A stretch of DNA of 64,000 nucleotides from Camelus dromedarius (GCF_036321535.1 NC_087437.1:41232001-41296000); one strand, 5' to 3'; numbered from the stretch's first letter, positions 48,751 to 63,016 are shown. Program-made: numbers and translations. Notes: generated by a model from the letters alone, not told the origin.

Positions 48751-51700
48751 ACAGAAGGAAGTTTGTCTGTGTTCTTCCTTCCCCCACATCAAGGCCCTTC
48801 ATCCCTGCTTCCCTCAGGCTTTCCATCCCCTATGCCAGTCTCACCTCAGGGAGCTCTCAAATGGGATGGAGATCCCACACGCTAGTTTACCTTGTGGAAA
48901 AAACGAATGAGCACAGCTTAAAATACAATTGCGTACACAGAGGCATGAAGCTCCAGCTCCACATTTTAGAGATTAAGGTGCTCTGAGAGGCAAATGTAGG
49001 TCAATTTAGTTTACAGGTGAGGAAACTGGCCCAGAAATGCTGTGGAATGGTCCTCCCGCTCACGCACAGCATTCAGACCTCTGCCAAAGAGAGAGCGGAG
49101 ATGCATTTGGGGGGGTTGCGGCAGGGGGCGGGGTGGTGTTCCCTTCAGAGGCTGTGGGCTGAGGCCCTAGAGGCCACCAACTGCTGAGGACAGTCACTGT
49201 TACCTTCCTAAACACCTCAGCTGTGAGCTCCGTTGAGGACAGGAACCTTGTCGGTGCTTAGCGTGGCAGGGCACACAAAATATGTGTCTTCAAACATTCA
49301 CTAGAGAAAGCGAGGTTCCTGCTGCTGTCACGAGAGAGCATGCAAGAGAACCCCAGTTCTTCCCAAATGTGGGCACCAAGTAGCAGAATATGGTGCACGA
49401 AGTGTATTCTCAAAAGAGAAAGCTGGCAAATGACAGAATCCAAGAAAATCAGACAGCTGCTTGCCATTTAAATCATCAAATACTGAAAATATTTCAAATA
49501 ATAAAAGAAAATCTGGAAGAATTGTGACTTAGGACCAATTTGGATAGGATTTCTAAGCCGAGAAGTTTTAGATGTGTGCATGCTCATTTTTAAAACTGAC
49601 ATTGACTTCTTTTCAGAAAAGCCACAGGCCAGAAGAGCTTCCTTAGTTGAACTTAAGTCTTTTGTTTTTAATTTCACAACAGGTACTTCCGTGAATGGTT
49701 GTGGTTTCAGACCTGCATTCGTCCTGGTAGAGACACAGATTGCAAAACTGTCTGGTGAAATAAAAAATTGGAAGAAGGCCACTCTTCAAGTGTTTAATTT
49801 CTTTGCATTTGCAATTCAACCAGACGCTCCCCACCAATACATATGCAAGAATGGCTAAAGGTTGCAGGAAAATGGTAATTAAAATCACCCTCATAAGGTG
49901 ATTCATTTGTGAATGCTACACCAACTCAAGGAGCCAACGTTAATTTAATCAAAGCCAACCGGAACACAGGAAGAAAGGAGGGCCTTAAAAAGAGACTGGA
50001 CAGTGGTTAAGTCCTAAGAAAGACTGGCCTGAATTACTAATGTTTTGCTTTAAAGTACTATGTTTTTCCCTTTGTAAAGTCTTGAAAAAGGCAAGAACTA
50101 TCAGATAAGGATCTACCGTTGCCTGTTCAGTAACCCTTCCGTTCCTGGGGACCTCCAGAGTCAGCCGGCCTGCATGGTAGCTCGAATTTAACATACCTCC
50201 TGGCTCAGCATCCCTCCACATGCACTCTAGAATCAAAAGGGGGCAGGTGCAAATGGGGCAGGAGCCCAGAGAGCCGTCAGAGTTGAGAGGGAAAAAGGAA
50301 GGAAGGGAAGAAGCAGGGATGAGGACAGGAAAGAAAAAGGAAAGGGGAAGGAAGGAAGGAGGCAAAGAAGGGGGTTCCTATTCCACAAATCAGATCATTG
50401 TTGACAAAGAACGGTGGACATGAATTTTACAAAGTGAATTTTACAAAAATAATGCAAGCAGCTGAAGTCTCCAGGAATTGTCATTTCACCACTTCCCCCG
50501 CCCCCGCCCACCCAGGCATAACTACTCAGGAGATAGTCATAAATATTTTGAAATTCTGAAAAAGCCTACATTAGGATCTAATCCTTGGGAACATTAAACA
50601 ACAACAAACAAGTTTCTGGAAGCATCTCCCCCTCTTGTTTCCTTCCATCTTCTCCCACCGGAGGGAAGAAGGAGTTTCACTAAGGTTGCACCCAAAGCTG
50701 TCACCCAAGCACACAGAACAGGGCCGAGCTCCTCTTTATTTGAAATGCCTGCTTGGGGTTCTCAGCCCTCATTATTCTGTCCTCCTGCTAATTTAGAATG
50801 CAGCCCTGCTCTACCACACTTTGAGGTTTGCCAAGTGTCTAATCCAACTGAGTTGTGAAATCTGGATGCTTACATGGGAAAACTTGGGTCTTAGCTGGAA
50901 AAGAGTACATTTTACACAAAGGGAATTAAATAGAAATTTGGAAAAAACAACCTAAAAAAAATGAGAGAATGCCTTGAAAACACTTCCTTCCTTTGGCCTT
51001 TGAGAAACCAGAAGCCACTGTCTTCCAAGTTGAAAAATCAGTCCAGCCCAAGTGAAATGGGCTTCCTTCTGTTCTCCAAAGCAGATGATTATCATATTTG
51101 ACTATTCTCACTCAGAGTCTGTTCTGAACAGCCTGGCCAGTGTAAAATCCAAAAACATTTCACTCTCAGATTGCCGTTTAAAATGCCTGTCTTATAATGA
51201 CAAGCTTAGACACGGCAAATGGCATTTTCAGCTTTACTAGACTTTTTTCTAGTGATAAGAAGCTGGCAGAGATAAGTCCATGTTATATTTCTTGAGATGT
51301 AACTTTATTTTTTCATTTTTGAAGATTAGTAGGGAAAAATATTATTCAGGGTGTAAATTAAAGGAAAGCTTGTGATCAAACCATCTTGGTGTTATAGTGG
51401 TATTCACTCTCTGTGGCAGGGATGACTCACTGTGTGAGAGTTGGTAATTATAGAATTGACATTGTGCTGAGAGGAGCCAAAAAATTCTCAGAGAGCCAGC
51501 CAAGGCTGCTGGTGAAGGGTGCTCTCTGCAACCTGGCTTGGTTCAATACAGTACCAAAGGATTCCTGGCTCAGCAGATTCCGAGAGAAAATGAGGGGCCA
51601 ACCTCTTTCAGCGTGAAATAAGATCCAGTAAAGGGAGTGCACTTAGTTTAGAAAAGGAGCATGACAGGGCTAACAGGAGTCTGATATCAGAACTCAGGTA

Positions 51701-51923
51701 CTCCCAGGTCTAATATATCCCTCCTCCACTGGCTACATGTTCACAACCAGAGTGTCCCAGGCATGGGAGATGGTCATGAGACCAAAACATGTTCCTTTCA
51801 AGGCAAGTCTCTGGACTACACTGTACGAGTGTGACAGTCAAATGCTTTGTCTTCACCCTTCTGGTTCCAGAGACTAAATGCATGACAATCGACCTATCTC
51901 CTCATATGGATGAATTACAGTGC

Positions 51924-52512
51924 TGTTAGGCAGTTAGATAGAAATGAGCACCCGGCAAGGGGAAAGGAAGGGAGAGGGAGCAACCCAGAAAATAACAGTA
52001 CACCTGCGCTCAGGATAAGGGGCTCCAAAAACTTTCACTTTCTATAAATGAGGGCCAGCAAAGAAACCGGCTAGGACCGAACACTGAGGCTGCACAGTAG
52101 AGAGAAGAACCCAGCTTAACTAGACCCAATGCGGAGTATAATGTAATTAACATCACAGTTTAAGGCCTCCACCCCCGGAGGTTTCTCTGTGTGCATCATA
52201 GGTAAGAACACACGCAAAAGAGATGGTGGGACCTGAGCATAAGGAACTGAGCCATCAATCAATTAATCAATCAATCATGAAAACGTTCCCTAAGCCAGGA
52301 TATAAGAACAGGAAAAACAAAGGAGCAGCACCATTTTCCCTCTCTTGGGTTGGCCTGCCCCCAATTCTGGGGTGTGCACTATATTTTAATATCTTTTTAC
52401 TTTACAAATAAAATCTTCTGTTTATATCATGCTTTCTGTCTCTTGTTAAAAGTTCATTTTTTTTCAGGTGACTGAGAACTGAGGTAACTGTTATCCCCTC
52501 CTCTCAGTAACA
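51924..52512 (+). mobile_element. Complete ERV1-type solo LTR (589 bp)
   Basis: Ends TGTTA...TAACA; perfect 4-bp target duplication GTGC (51920-51923 and 52513-52516); TATAAG at 52301; AATAAA at 52407. Confidence 0.88.
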
Positions 52513-52987
52513 GTGCTGTCCATGAGGAGAGTACTAACAATTAGCTAGTGACCATAACTTTTGGATAGGGCAGGAGAAATAAAGGTAATTTTCCATAAAG
52601 CTGAAATGTGTAAAAGAACAGAGCAAAGTTCTCCAACCTCTTTATGTGCCAGTTTCCTGACCTGTGAAATTCACTCATAGTACTAATGCGTTGACTGAGC
52701 TCTCCCTATTTGTCCCTGGGGGTTGAGGATTCCACAGTGTGCAAGAGAGTCACAGACCACACTTCCAGTCCCTGCCAAATCCCAACCTTGACAATGGCCC
52801 TGAACCCTCAGCTCCCCTTCCCTCTTCATCAGAAGAACCTAACGGGACTCTCCCACTGCACAGTAATAGTCAGGACTGTACTTGGAAGAGTCTTCTCAGA
52901 AGACTGTCCCAACTTGAACCTGATTTGGAGTTGATTTGCTCCTCATTTCATAAACAATCCCTCCTCAGAAAATAATATGCTTACCAG

Positions 52988-53440
52988 TGATGACAAGTCT
53001 CTCCTTGACTAAACTTCAGTCCAGCTCCTCTGTAACTTTTTCCAACTAAGTCTTAACTTTTGGACTTTCATGTCCATCTTTACATTGCCCAATTTTAGCA
53101 AGAATTCTTCAGGTGGTTTAGCCAGAATACCCAACCCTCAGTATCTGATTACCTTCCTCAACCCCACACTGTCCCCCAGGTAATAAATAACTGATGACCT
53201 TGGACTGCCCTCAGCAAGAATCTTGTTAGGTCAAGTTAGCAAGACTCACCCTACCCTCTGAGTAAATTTCCATCCAGAGACCCCCTACCCTGCCCCTTGG
53301 CTGTAAATCCCCACTTGTTCTTGCAGTACTTGGAGTTGAGCCCTGTTCTGTACTGAGGTCTCTTTTCCCTACTGCAGTCGTCTTAAATATAATCTGATTC
53401 TGGTGCTTTCACTCCTGTCCAGTTCTGGTTCTCTTGGACA
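52988..53440 (+). mobile_element. MER31-like ERV1 solo LTR
   Basis: tctctccttgactaaactt..., repeated agcaagaat blocks, ttggctgtaaatccccactt, ttggagttgagccc; ends ...gaca; flanks ccag/ccaa. Confidence 0.75.
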
Positions 53441-55509
53441 CCAATTGTCCAAACCTGAACACCAGTTATCTCAGTCACCTCATGAGATCTAACCTTAAGC
53501 AGAGACCAGCTGTGGGAAGGAACTGGAGTTTTCTTATGGGCGAAGATGAGGGGAAGGTAATGGCAGTGAGAAGACCTGGGTGGTATGCCGTAAGAGGAGA
53601 CACTGGACAGGCTGATGATCGGAGCTGCAGAGAGCTGGGGAGAGGACTAGAAGAGGACAGGAAAGGGGATAAAACTCACTTCAGTGGCCAAAACTACGGT
53701 GGCTTCATGGAGCACTGCAAATACAGCAGCACGGGGATGGCACAGCAGTGTCCACTTTCCAGAAGCATCGTCACCCCATGAGTAGAAAACCTATTTTACA
53801 TTTTTCCAAAGTAATTCAACTCACATTTGATACAGCTCACTCAAGTTACCAAAGGTTTCCTATTGACGTCTCAATACAAAAATTTTCTGGATTATTCAAA
53901 GCTTATTTGAAAAGCTTCAAAAAATTGTAATTAAAAATACAAAATGGCTGCGTTTGGCTTCTTGAAAAAAATCACACTATAATTTTTCTCACAATGAAAG
54001 TAATATTGCCTGTAATTTACTTAGAGAATGTCTAGTGTAATGCAGACATGCATATTAAACACTCTCTATTTCATTTCATCTGCCTAAATGAATAAATACA
54101 TTATGCCATCCAGACACACAGTTGAAACATTTCCCCAAGTATTCTTTAAACACAATGTGCAAGATTGCAATGGCATCATGACTGATAAAAATGACAAAGA
54201 CGCTGTTAATCAAGTGAATAAAAAGCAACAGCATGAATTATTTATGCCAATAATATTTGTAACCATACAAATTATATACTGATGTTATACTGGAGTGTTT
54301 AGTATTTCAGTGAACATACATCACACAATGCCCCCTCCCCCGCTTCACTATGTAATTTCCTTGGACAGCTTTAATTCAGTGGTACCACTTAAAACAGACC
54401 CATGAATACAATAGTGACTTTTTTCTTTTTTTTGGTTATCTGAAAATGTGATTTCTTTCTTGCTAGGGAAGAGTTACTCCACAAACCACAGCCTCAGCTG
54501 GTGTTCTTTTATAACTTCCTACATGAAAGACCATTGAAATGGCCTATGTTAGGGAGACTGGAGTTCCATTTTCCTCTATCTTCAATGAGGAAGTGGTATA
54601 TATGACAATCACTGCTGAAATGATTTTTTCTTACTCTTGTATTAAGATCAGAGTGAAAACATTTTAAGGGAGGGGTAGTTAAAGCAGCTGTTCTAAGCCA
54701 GGGGCCACAAAGATTTTCATTTGTTTCATATGTCTCAAAGAACTTCAGAAACATTGAGTATCTAGAAGGATTTTCATATCTCCTTTATCCATGAGATCAA
54801 TCATCTACATTGATTCCTACACCTCAATAGAAAATACTCTCACAAACATACACGTATTCACATGTGCACACACTCACATTTACACTCACGTTAAGCAGTT
54901 CAATTCCTGCCTAGAAACTGAGTAGAAACTGGGAAGATAATTTTTTTTAGCTAACCCCACCTTTCCAAGTTTGGAAGGACCTACTCAGGTATTGTCACAT
55001 TTGGGCTGGACACCCACCAAATTGTGAATTCTTCAATGGTTGAGGGTGAGTGGGTCATGGCAGTACTCCCACAGTATCCACTGTTATTGAAAATACTGTC
55101 TGATTACTAAATTGAAGTCGATTCTCAATGAACAATTGAACCCCTTAGGAAAGATCGAGAAGGTATACTACAGCTTCCTCCTTGAGATCCACTTCCCTGC
55201 TCACACAGAGATGAAATATATATGAAATGCACTGGAGAACGTCTGCCAACATGGACAGGAAAGAAGCCAAAGAGAAACTGCCTGCTAACTTCTCCAAAAA
55301 CACCCGTCTCCTTAGTGAGACATCCCCACCTAAATATCACAGCAGCAGTCAAACGATGCCCCAAATAAAACTCATCTCTAATCTCCAACCTCTTCCTTGA
55401 ATTCTCTCTATGCCTTTTCATGTGTTAATTTCACTTCCTGAATTATCCTTCCCCAACTCTGCTGGCTCCTCTTACAGCTGCCTACCACCCAAACTCTCTC
55501 CAGGCAGGC

Positions 55510-55745
55510 TGTAGTGGTTACAATCCTGCCTTTTGGGTTTGAACCCAAGAGCATGGAGTTGGGTTTGAGTCCTGTCTCTACCAATGCTCAGTGCCTCAGT
55601 TTCTTCATCTACATAATAGGGATCATAAAAGTTCCTGCTTCATAGGACTGTCAGGAAGGTTAAATGAGTTGATAGGTATAAAAGGATTTCAACAGAGAAT
55701 GGCACATTCATAGATGGATTTTGAGTAGCAGTCATCATTGTTTCT
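55510..55745 (+). mobile_element. MIR SINE
   Basis: gtgcctcagtttcttcatctacataatagggatcataaaagttcctgcttcataggactgtcaggaaggttaaatgag. Confidence 0.8.
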
Positions 55746-56059
55746 GCTATTTCATTCCCACAGCTGGAGCCTCTAACTGTTCTTAATACAAAGCTCATTT
55801 GTGCACCTTTCTTCCTCCCCTGCTGAGCCAGATTCAGGGACTACTTCTCACTTCCCCCATCGCCTCTGAGCACAGCGCCTGATACAAGATCAAGACACAC
55901 TACATGCAAGAGGGAGGGGTTGGGTTCTGCCCTCCCTTAAGGACAACCTTATCCTCACTCTGTCTGGGTTCAAAACCTGTCTTCAAGTCCCGTAACAATT
56001 CTTCTTCAAAATGTACACCATCCCCACTTGTGTTGCAAACCAATAGTTGTGTCATTTAC

Positions 56060-56625
56060 ACATCACTTGCACTTTTCTTGTAATTTGCCTTCTTTCTTCA
56101 TCCTCTAACACTATCACCTGAATAATCTAAGAGCCAATCTGATTATTGTTTGAAAAAAGAGAACAATTATTGGCTTCCCTCAGATTATCAACATCAAGTT
56201 CAAGCTCCTTTGCCTGGTACTAAGACTCCTTTACAACAAGACCTTAACTTACTTTTTCAATGTCATTTCCCAGGACCTGCCCTTCATACACCCCTAACTC
56301 ACCCTGTATTTTCTGTCTCCTAGCTTAAGCTCAAACTGGGCCTTCATTCTGGAAACATTCATGTCTGTCTGTTAAAATTTTATTCAAGATCAAAACCAAA
56401 TAGCATTTCCTTCATAAAAGTCCTTTTCAAAATCAATCTCTACTTCCCGTATAGTTTTAAGGCACTCTTTACAGAAAGGCTGTTTTTATTAAAGTACTTG
56501 TGTGATTATTTTGACTTTAGTTATTTATATACATATATAAAATTCTTAGAAAACAGGGACCATGTCTTAATCATGTCTGTATCCAGAAATATGCCTAAAG
56601 CAGTGGTCCACACCTACTGCATATA
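56060..56625 (+). mobile_element. L2 3' fragment
   Basis: tggcttccc..atcaagttcaagctcctttgcctgg...cttagaaaacagggaccatgtctt...tgcctaaagcagtg. Confidence 0.6.
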
Positions 56626-58259
56626 ATTTTAAAATTGAATTACAAAGGAAAAAAATTTAATTGATGCCTACGATGCTAATACTAACGTTGGCTTACAAGT
56701 AAATTTAAATTTTTAATTAATTAAATTCAAATGAAGTTTCACTCTCAGAGTTACCCTTGAGTGTTAGATACTTGCCTGAACCCCACTATTCAATTATAAG
56801 CCTAAAAATCTCCTTCGTATGCTCTGAAGCATCTTGTACACAATAGGTGCTCAAAATGTGCTGAATTTAACTGTTGAAGTGTTTCTCTCTGGAAAATTCA
56901 GAAAAATGGGTCAAAAGGAGTCCGGTAGATTATAGCAGAGTTTGGATAAGCTTCCTGGAAAATCCACAAGCACTAAGAAGGGGAGGATGTACAGTGCTTT
57001 CAAGGACACTCACCCAAAAAAGGAATGTGGATGTAGAGAAGGGACTGGCCCACACTCCCACACTCAGCGAGTAATGGGTTCAGGTAGAATTAGTTGAAGC
57101 CTCAAGGCCCACATGACACATCACCACCAGGACGACATCTAAGAAGACTCATGGGAACCTCAGGTCTGACAATTTCTGAGTTTATAGAACAGCTTGGAAA
57201 CTCACCTTCAGATAAAAAAGCAGAAATCTACAGCTTTTTAATAACTTTTTCTACCACAGGAGCTCATAACTTACCACTTGGGTATATGTTGCTTAAAAAA
57301 TCCCCAAAACTTGTTCCTTACTAAAAATGTAACTAGAACCCATAGAAATTGGCATCAGATACTGTCTGACAACTGACGATGAATCACAGAAACTACTTGT
57401 ATTGTTTTATTTTCTCAGGAGGAAAATTAGAGTAGAAAAAAATCTGTGAATTAGCAGCTTGATTTACTTTAAAATTTCATGAAAAAGCCTGGAACATCAG
57501 TAAGATCTGTCTTCCTAAGGAGCTGAGCACAGACACCCCAGACCCCCGATTTCTCTCCCTCACCTTACAGAACACAAACATGCATATTCATGATGACAGG
57601 GCAGGAAATGGGGGAGAGGAAGTGAGGTAGCAGCCTCTGTTTTCAACAGTGCCTTGTTCTGTGTTTAAGGTGAAATGAGCAGCCCAGAGCCCTGCATCCC
57701 AGGGGAGAGCAGCCAGTGAACATCCGTCAGCATGCAGGGGAAAGCCTTAGGGGAGGGAAGGGCACAGAGGACACATGGACATCCTCATTCCAATCTTCCG
57801 TAGTTCTCCAGAGTTAATTTGGGATGTTAGGAATTTTCAGGACCACAAAGTAAGACACAATCATGTGTGGGCGACTAAATCATCGAAATACAACTTATTA
57901 TCAAAGCTATGGATAAACTGAGTCTCCTTCTCAGGTTGCTTGTAGGGACTAGGGACAAGGAAGGAGCAAAAATCACCTCAGAAGCGGCTGACAGCTTTTG
58001 GTTGTCTCATGAATAAGAAGCAACCCCTCCAGCTCCCTGAGTTTCTGCCAAACATCAGACAAGATAAGAGGAGGGATTAAGAAGACGGGAGTAGAAGGAG
58101 TAGAATGTAGGATAGAAATATGGTCCTAGAATCTTGAATTTCAGTTAACTCTCACACACATGAAGGCCTGGCTGGCAGGATAATCCATATACAGACATTA
58201 AGTGGACAGTAGAATAAAATATTGTCTAACAGCAATTCAAAATACAGGAGTAGGAAACA

Positions 58260-60170
58260 ATACTGCAGCTTCTGATTAACCACCCAACTTGATTGTCTCT
58301 CCCTCCATCAACCCCACTAAAAATGGGAGTTGAAAGATTTAAAATGACATAAATCCACAACATTTTTTTAAATGCAAAGGACCCTGAGAAGGTAAGAGCT
58401 TCAAACATTAGAAAGAAGTTGGAAGACTGATACTGAAACGCAGCAGAACAGGCCACAGTGAGGAACCCACAGAAACGACCTGGCTGATCTTGCGGAATTT
58501 GGCAACACTTGTGATTCCTTGTAGGACGAAGGATGAGGGTGAGACATGGGGCAGGAAAAAGAAAAAATTATTTGAAAGCCTGTATGTGCAACAACCAGTC
58601 ACTTACCCCTACCATGTGTCCCTCCATCCTGCATTCTCTCTCTCATTTCCCTCCCTCCTCCCTCTCCATCGCACCAGACCCTGCCCTGCTCCCCAACCCC
58701 CTGAAAAAGAAATTTGTAGCAATCTTCTATAAAGAAATTGGAATGGCTAAGAGAAAAAGACTCCATTTTATAAAGCCAACATAAAGAATCACAAAGCAGC
58801 TGGTTAATGGCCTCACTCTTCATTATGAATGGATAAACATGACAAATGAGCAAAACCTTCAACATAGAAGAGCACCAGCAAGATAAATAACTGGGAGAAA
58901 AACAATCTTGAAGGAAATACAAATAAAACAGGCAGTAGAAAAGAACCTCAAATATCCCAATGAGAGTCAAGAAAATACATCCATAAAACAAGAAGAGAAT
59001 GCTATGGGAAAAGAATGAGCAAACATGAAAAAAATTCTGTTAATTGAAAATGACTTTAAAAATTAAATAGAAGATGAATCAGCAAATATTCTCATTTCTC
59101 AGAAAATTATGACTTAATTTTAGAATTTGGTGTATTCACAAAATGTGCCTCCATATGAAAAGAAGAAAAGAGGAAAACTGGTCCTCTGCAAAGGAAGAGA
59201 AATAGAGAGGAATAGGGACTAGACTTTTTAGGAGCCTGAAGACTGAAGACAAATGAAACTCCCACTGAAAAGTCACCCTTTCCTTCTACCCCTTTCTCAC
59301 CACTCACCCTCCCCACTCCAAGAACGGAGGCAAAGGAACGTAACTTTCATGTCAGATTTCTAGATTCATCCTAATCAGATCCAATATGAGAAGAGCATAA
59401 AAACACCTTCAAACATTCAAACACAGCGTTAATCCCTTTACATCCTTTTGTAGAAAGAGAAGTGAAGAGATGTACAATCAAAATGAAGGAGTGGCCCTTG
59501 AGCAAACACTGGACGATTTGGGAGAACCTGTGGATCCGAAGCAGGACATGCCCAAAGGACAGGCGAGTGGCAGGCCTAGAGGGCAGAACGATGGAGGACC
59601 CTGGGGAGAAGGACCTGGGGAAACAGGGCACAGAAGAAAACTCTGATGTGGGGGTTTCAAAAACTGAAGTTGTGATTAAGCAGCCAAAAGAGCAGGGAAA
59701 AGAACGACATTTGGAAATTCCATGAAAATAGAAAACTATAGAAATGAAATACTGTGAGCCTTGTTCCATAAAAGTAAAAAGAGGTGAAGAATGCAGGAGA
59801 CATAAAGTCCTAATTTTACAAAATAGGGAATCTAAACAATGCTGTCTGTTAGTGAAAATTCATCAAGTACAGTTAAGAAAAGAACTTATTTATGAATATT
59901 TATTTCAGTAACAAGTAGAGAAACAAAAAAACTATATTGCACGTATGGAGGAATGGGCACATGAGAATACCAGTGAACCAAATTCTCATCTATCTTAGCA
60001 GAAGTCAACAGATGTCTAAAACTAATAAAATAGGAAACAATAAAAGCCTTTATATTGAGATTTGAAGGCAATATCCAGAAAAAATAGCCAAAAGAGAAAT
60101 AAGCAGTTATATTAGGGAGTAAGTCTAGGAAATGGTAAGTAGAAAATTGTTGCTTTTATATGTGTACTGG
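58260..60170 (+). mobile_element. HAL1 (half-L1) or other ancient L1-clade element, degraded
   Basis: A-rich ORF1-like blocks catccataaaacaagaagagaatgctat..aaattaaatagaag, then ggatcc..cagga..gcaggcctagagggc, and a tail gttgcttttatatgtg; all resemble HAL1. Confidence 0.55.
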
Positions 60171-60171
60171 C

Positions 60172-63016
60172 ATTTTTATAGGTATAATTCACATAAAATG
60201 TTGCACAGATATACAATATAGTAATTCAGTATTTGTATATACTGAAATGATCACCATGATAAGTCTAGTTAACATCTGTCACCATATATAATTACAGAAT
60301 CTTTTTCTTGTGATGAGAACGTTAAGATCTACTCTCTTAGCAACTTTCCAATATCCAATACAGTATTATTAACTATAGTTGCCATGCTGTAGATTACATC
60401 CCCATGACATACTTATTTTATAACAAGGTTTGTACAGTTAGACCCCTTTCACCCATTTTGTCCACCCTCAGTTCCCTGCCCCTAGCAAACACCAGTCTGT
60501 TCTCTGTATCTATGATCTTGTTTTCTTTTTCGTTTTTTTGGTTTTTTTAGATTCCACATATACATGAGATCTTATGGTATTTATCTTTCTCTGACATTTC
60601 TCTTAGCATAATGCCCTCTGGGTCCATCCATGTTGTTGAAAATGGCAATTTTTTATGGTTGAATAGTATTCCATTGTATACATGTTCAACAATTTTATCC
60701 AGTCATCCAATGATGGACACTTAGGTTTTTTCCATGTCTTGGCTATTGTAAGTAATGCTACAATGTACATGGAGATACATATATCTTTTTGAGTTAGTGC
60801 TTTCCTTTTCTTTGGATTAATACTCAGAGGTGAAATTATTGGTAGTTCTATTTTTAATTTTTTGAGGAGCCTCCATACTGTTTTCCACAGTAATTGCACC
60901 AATTTACATTCCCAGTAGTGCACAAGGGTTCCTTTTTCACCACATCCTCACCAACACTGGTTATTTCTTGTATTTTTGATGTTAGCCATTCTAACAGGTG
61001 TGAGGTAATACCTCACTGTATTTTTGATTTGGACTTCCTTGATGGTTAGGAATTTTGAGCATCTTTTCATGTACCTATTGGCCATCTGTACACATTCTTA
61101 GGAAAACTGCCAGTTCAGATCCTCTGCCCATTTTTAAATGGGGTTGTTTGTTTTTTTTTGTTGTTGCGCTGCATGAGTTCTTTATATGTTTTAGATATTA
61201 ACGCCTTATCAGATATATGATTTGCAACTATTTCCTACCATTCAGTAGGTTGCCTTTTCATTTTGTTGATGGTTTCCTATACTGTGCAGAAGCTTTTGAG
61301 CTTGATGTAGTCCCACTTGCTTACTTTTGCTTTCAGTGTCAAATCCAAAAAATCATCACCAAGAATGACGTCAAGGAGCTTACTGCTTATGCTTTCTTCT
61401 AGAAGTTTTATAGTTTCATTAATCCGTTTTGTATATGGTGTGAGACAGTGGTCCAGTCTCATTCTTTTGCATGTGGCAAGACTGAGCATATAAAAATGGT
61501 AAGAGTAGGCATCCGTGTCTTGTTCCTGATCTTAGAGGAAAAGCTTTCCGCTTTTCACCACTGAGTCTGATGTTAGTTGTAGGCCTGACATATATGACCT
61601 TAATTATGTTGAGGTCCAGTTTTCCCAACACCATTTATTGAAGAGAGTGTCCTTTCCTCGTGTATTCTTGGCTCTTCTGTCATAATTTAATTGACTATGT
61701 ATGTGTGGGTTTATTTCTGGGCTTTCAATTCTGGTCCATTGATCTATGTGTCTGGTTTTATGCAAATATCATTCTGTTTTGATTACTATAGTTTTGTAAT
61801 ATAGTTTGAAATCAGGGAGCAGAATGCCTCCAGCTTTGTTCTTTCTCAAGACCACTTTGGTTATTCAAGGTCTTCTGTGGTTCCAAACAAGTTTTAGGAT
61901 TGCTAGTTCTATTTCTGTGAAAAATGCCATTGAAATTTTGATAGGGATTGCACTGAGTCTGTACATTGTTGTAGGTAGTACAGACATTTTAACAATATTA
62001 ATTTTTCCAGTACATGAGCACAGAATATCTTTTCATTTATTTGTGTCTTCTTCAATTTCTTTCATCAGTGTCTTATAGTTTTCAGTGTACATGTCTTTCA
62101 CCTCTTTGGTTACATTTATTCCTAGGTAGTTTATTCTTATTGATGTGATTGTAAATGGGACTGTTTTCTTAATTTCTCTTTCTGACAGTTCATTTTTAGT
62201 GGATAGAAATACAACAGATTTCCACAGATTGATTTTGTGTCCTACAACTTTACTGAATTCATTCGTTACTTCTAACAGTTTTTTTGCTGGAGTCTTTAGG
62301 GTTTTCTACATATAAAATCAATGCCATTCACAAGTAGTAGGACAGTTTTCCTTCTTCCTTTTCAATCTGGATGACTTTTACTTATTTTTCTGGCTAGAAC
62401 TTCCAATACTATGTTGAATACAAGTGGCGAGATGGGGCATCCGTGTTTTGTTCCTGATCTTTGGGGGTTGGCTTTTAGCTTTTCACCACCAAGTGTGATG
62501 TTAACTGTGGGCTTGTCATACATATATGGCCTTTGTTATGTTAAGCTATGTTCCCTCTATACATATTTTTTGAGAGTTTTTCATCACAAATGGATGTTGA
62601 ATTCTGTCAAAAGCTTTTTCTGCATCTACTGAAGTAATCCTATGATTCTTAACCCCTCGTTTTGTTAACGTGGTGTATCACATTGATTGACTTGCAGGTG
62701 TTGAACCTTCCTTGCATCCCTTGAGTAAATCCCTCTTGATCATGGTGTATGAGATTGTTGAATTCGGTTGACTAATATTTTGCTGAGGATTTTTGCATCT
62801 CTGTTCAACAGGAATACCGGCTTGTAGTTTCCTTTTCTTGTACTGTCCTTATCTGGTTTTGGTATCGGGATAATGCTGACCTTATCAAATGATTGTGGAA
62901 GTGCTCCCTTCTCTCATTTTTGGGAAGAGTTTGAGAAGGATTGGTATTAATTCTCTAAATGTTTGGTAGAATTCACCAGTGAAGCCAACTGGTCCTGAAC
63001 TTTTGTTTGTTGGGAG
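60172..63016 (-). mobile_element. 5'-truncated old L1 (L1MA9-like 3' UTR plus ~2.4 kb of disrupted ORF2)
   Basis: ORF2 peptides in 60603..60923 (WECKLVQLLWKTVWRLLKKLKIELP), 61277..61489 ([27 protein letters not shown]) and 61419..61634 ([12 protein letters not shown]). The 3' UTR carries gtgatgagaac..aagatctactctcttagcaacttt. Possible target duplication GGCATT at 60169 and 63022. Confidence 0.92.

Noticed and set aside
393..57906. Scattered TCF/LEF motifs (CTTTGAT/ATCAAAG) suggesting Wnt feedback on TNIK
   Set aside because: About a dozen unclustered 7-mers in 64 kb of AT-rich DNA is close to chance expectation.
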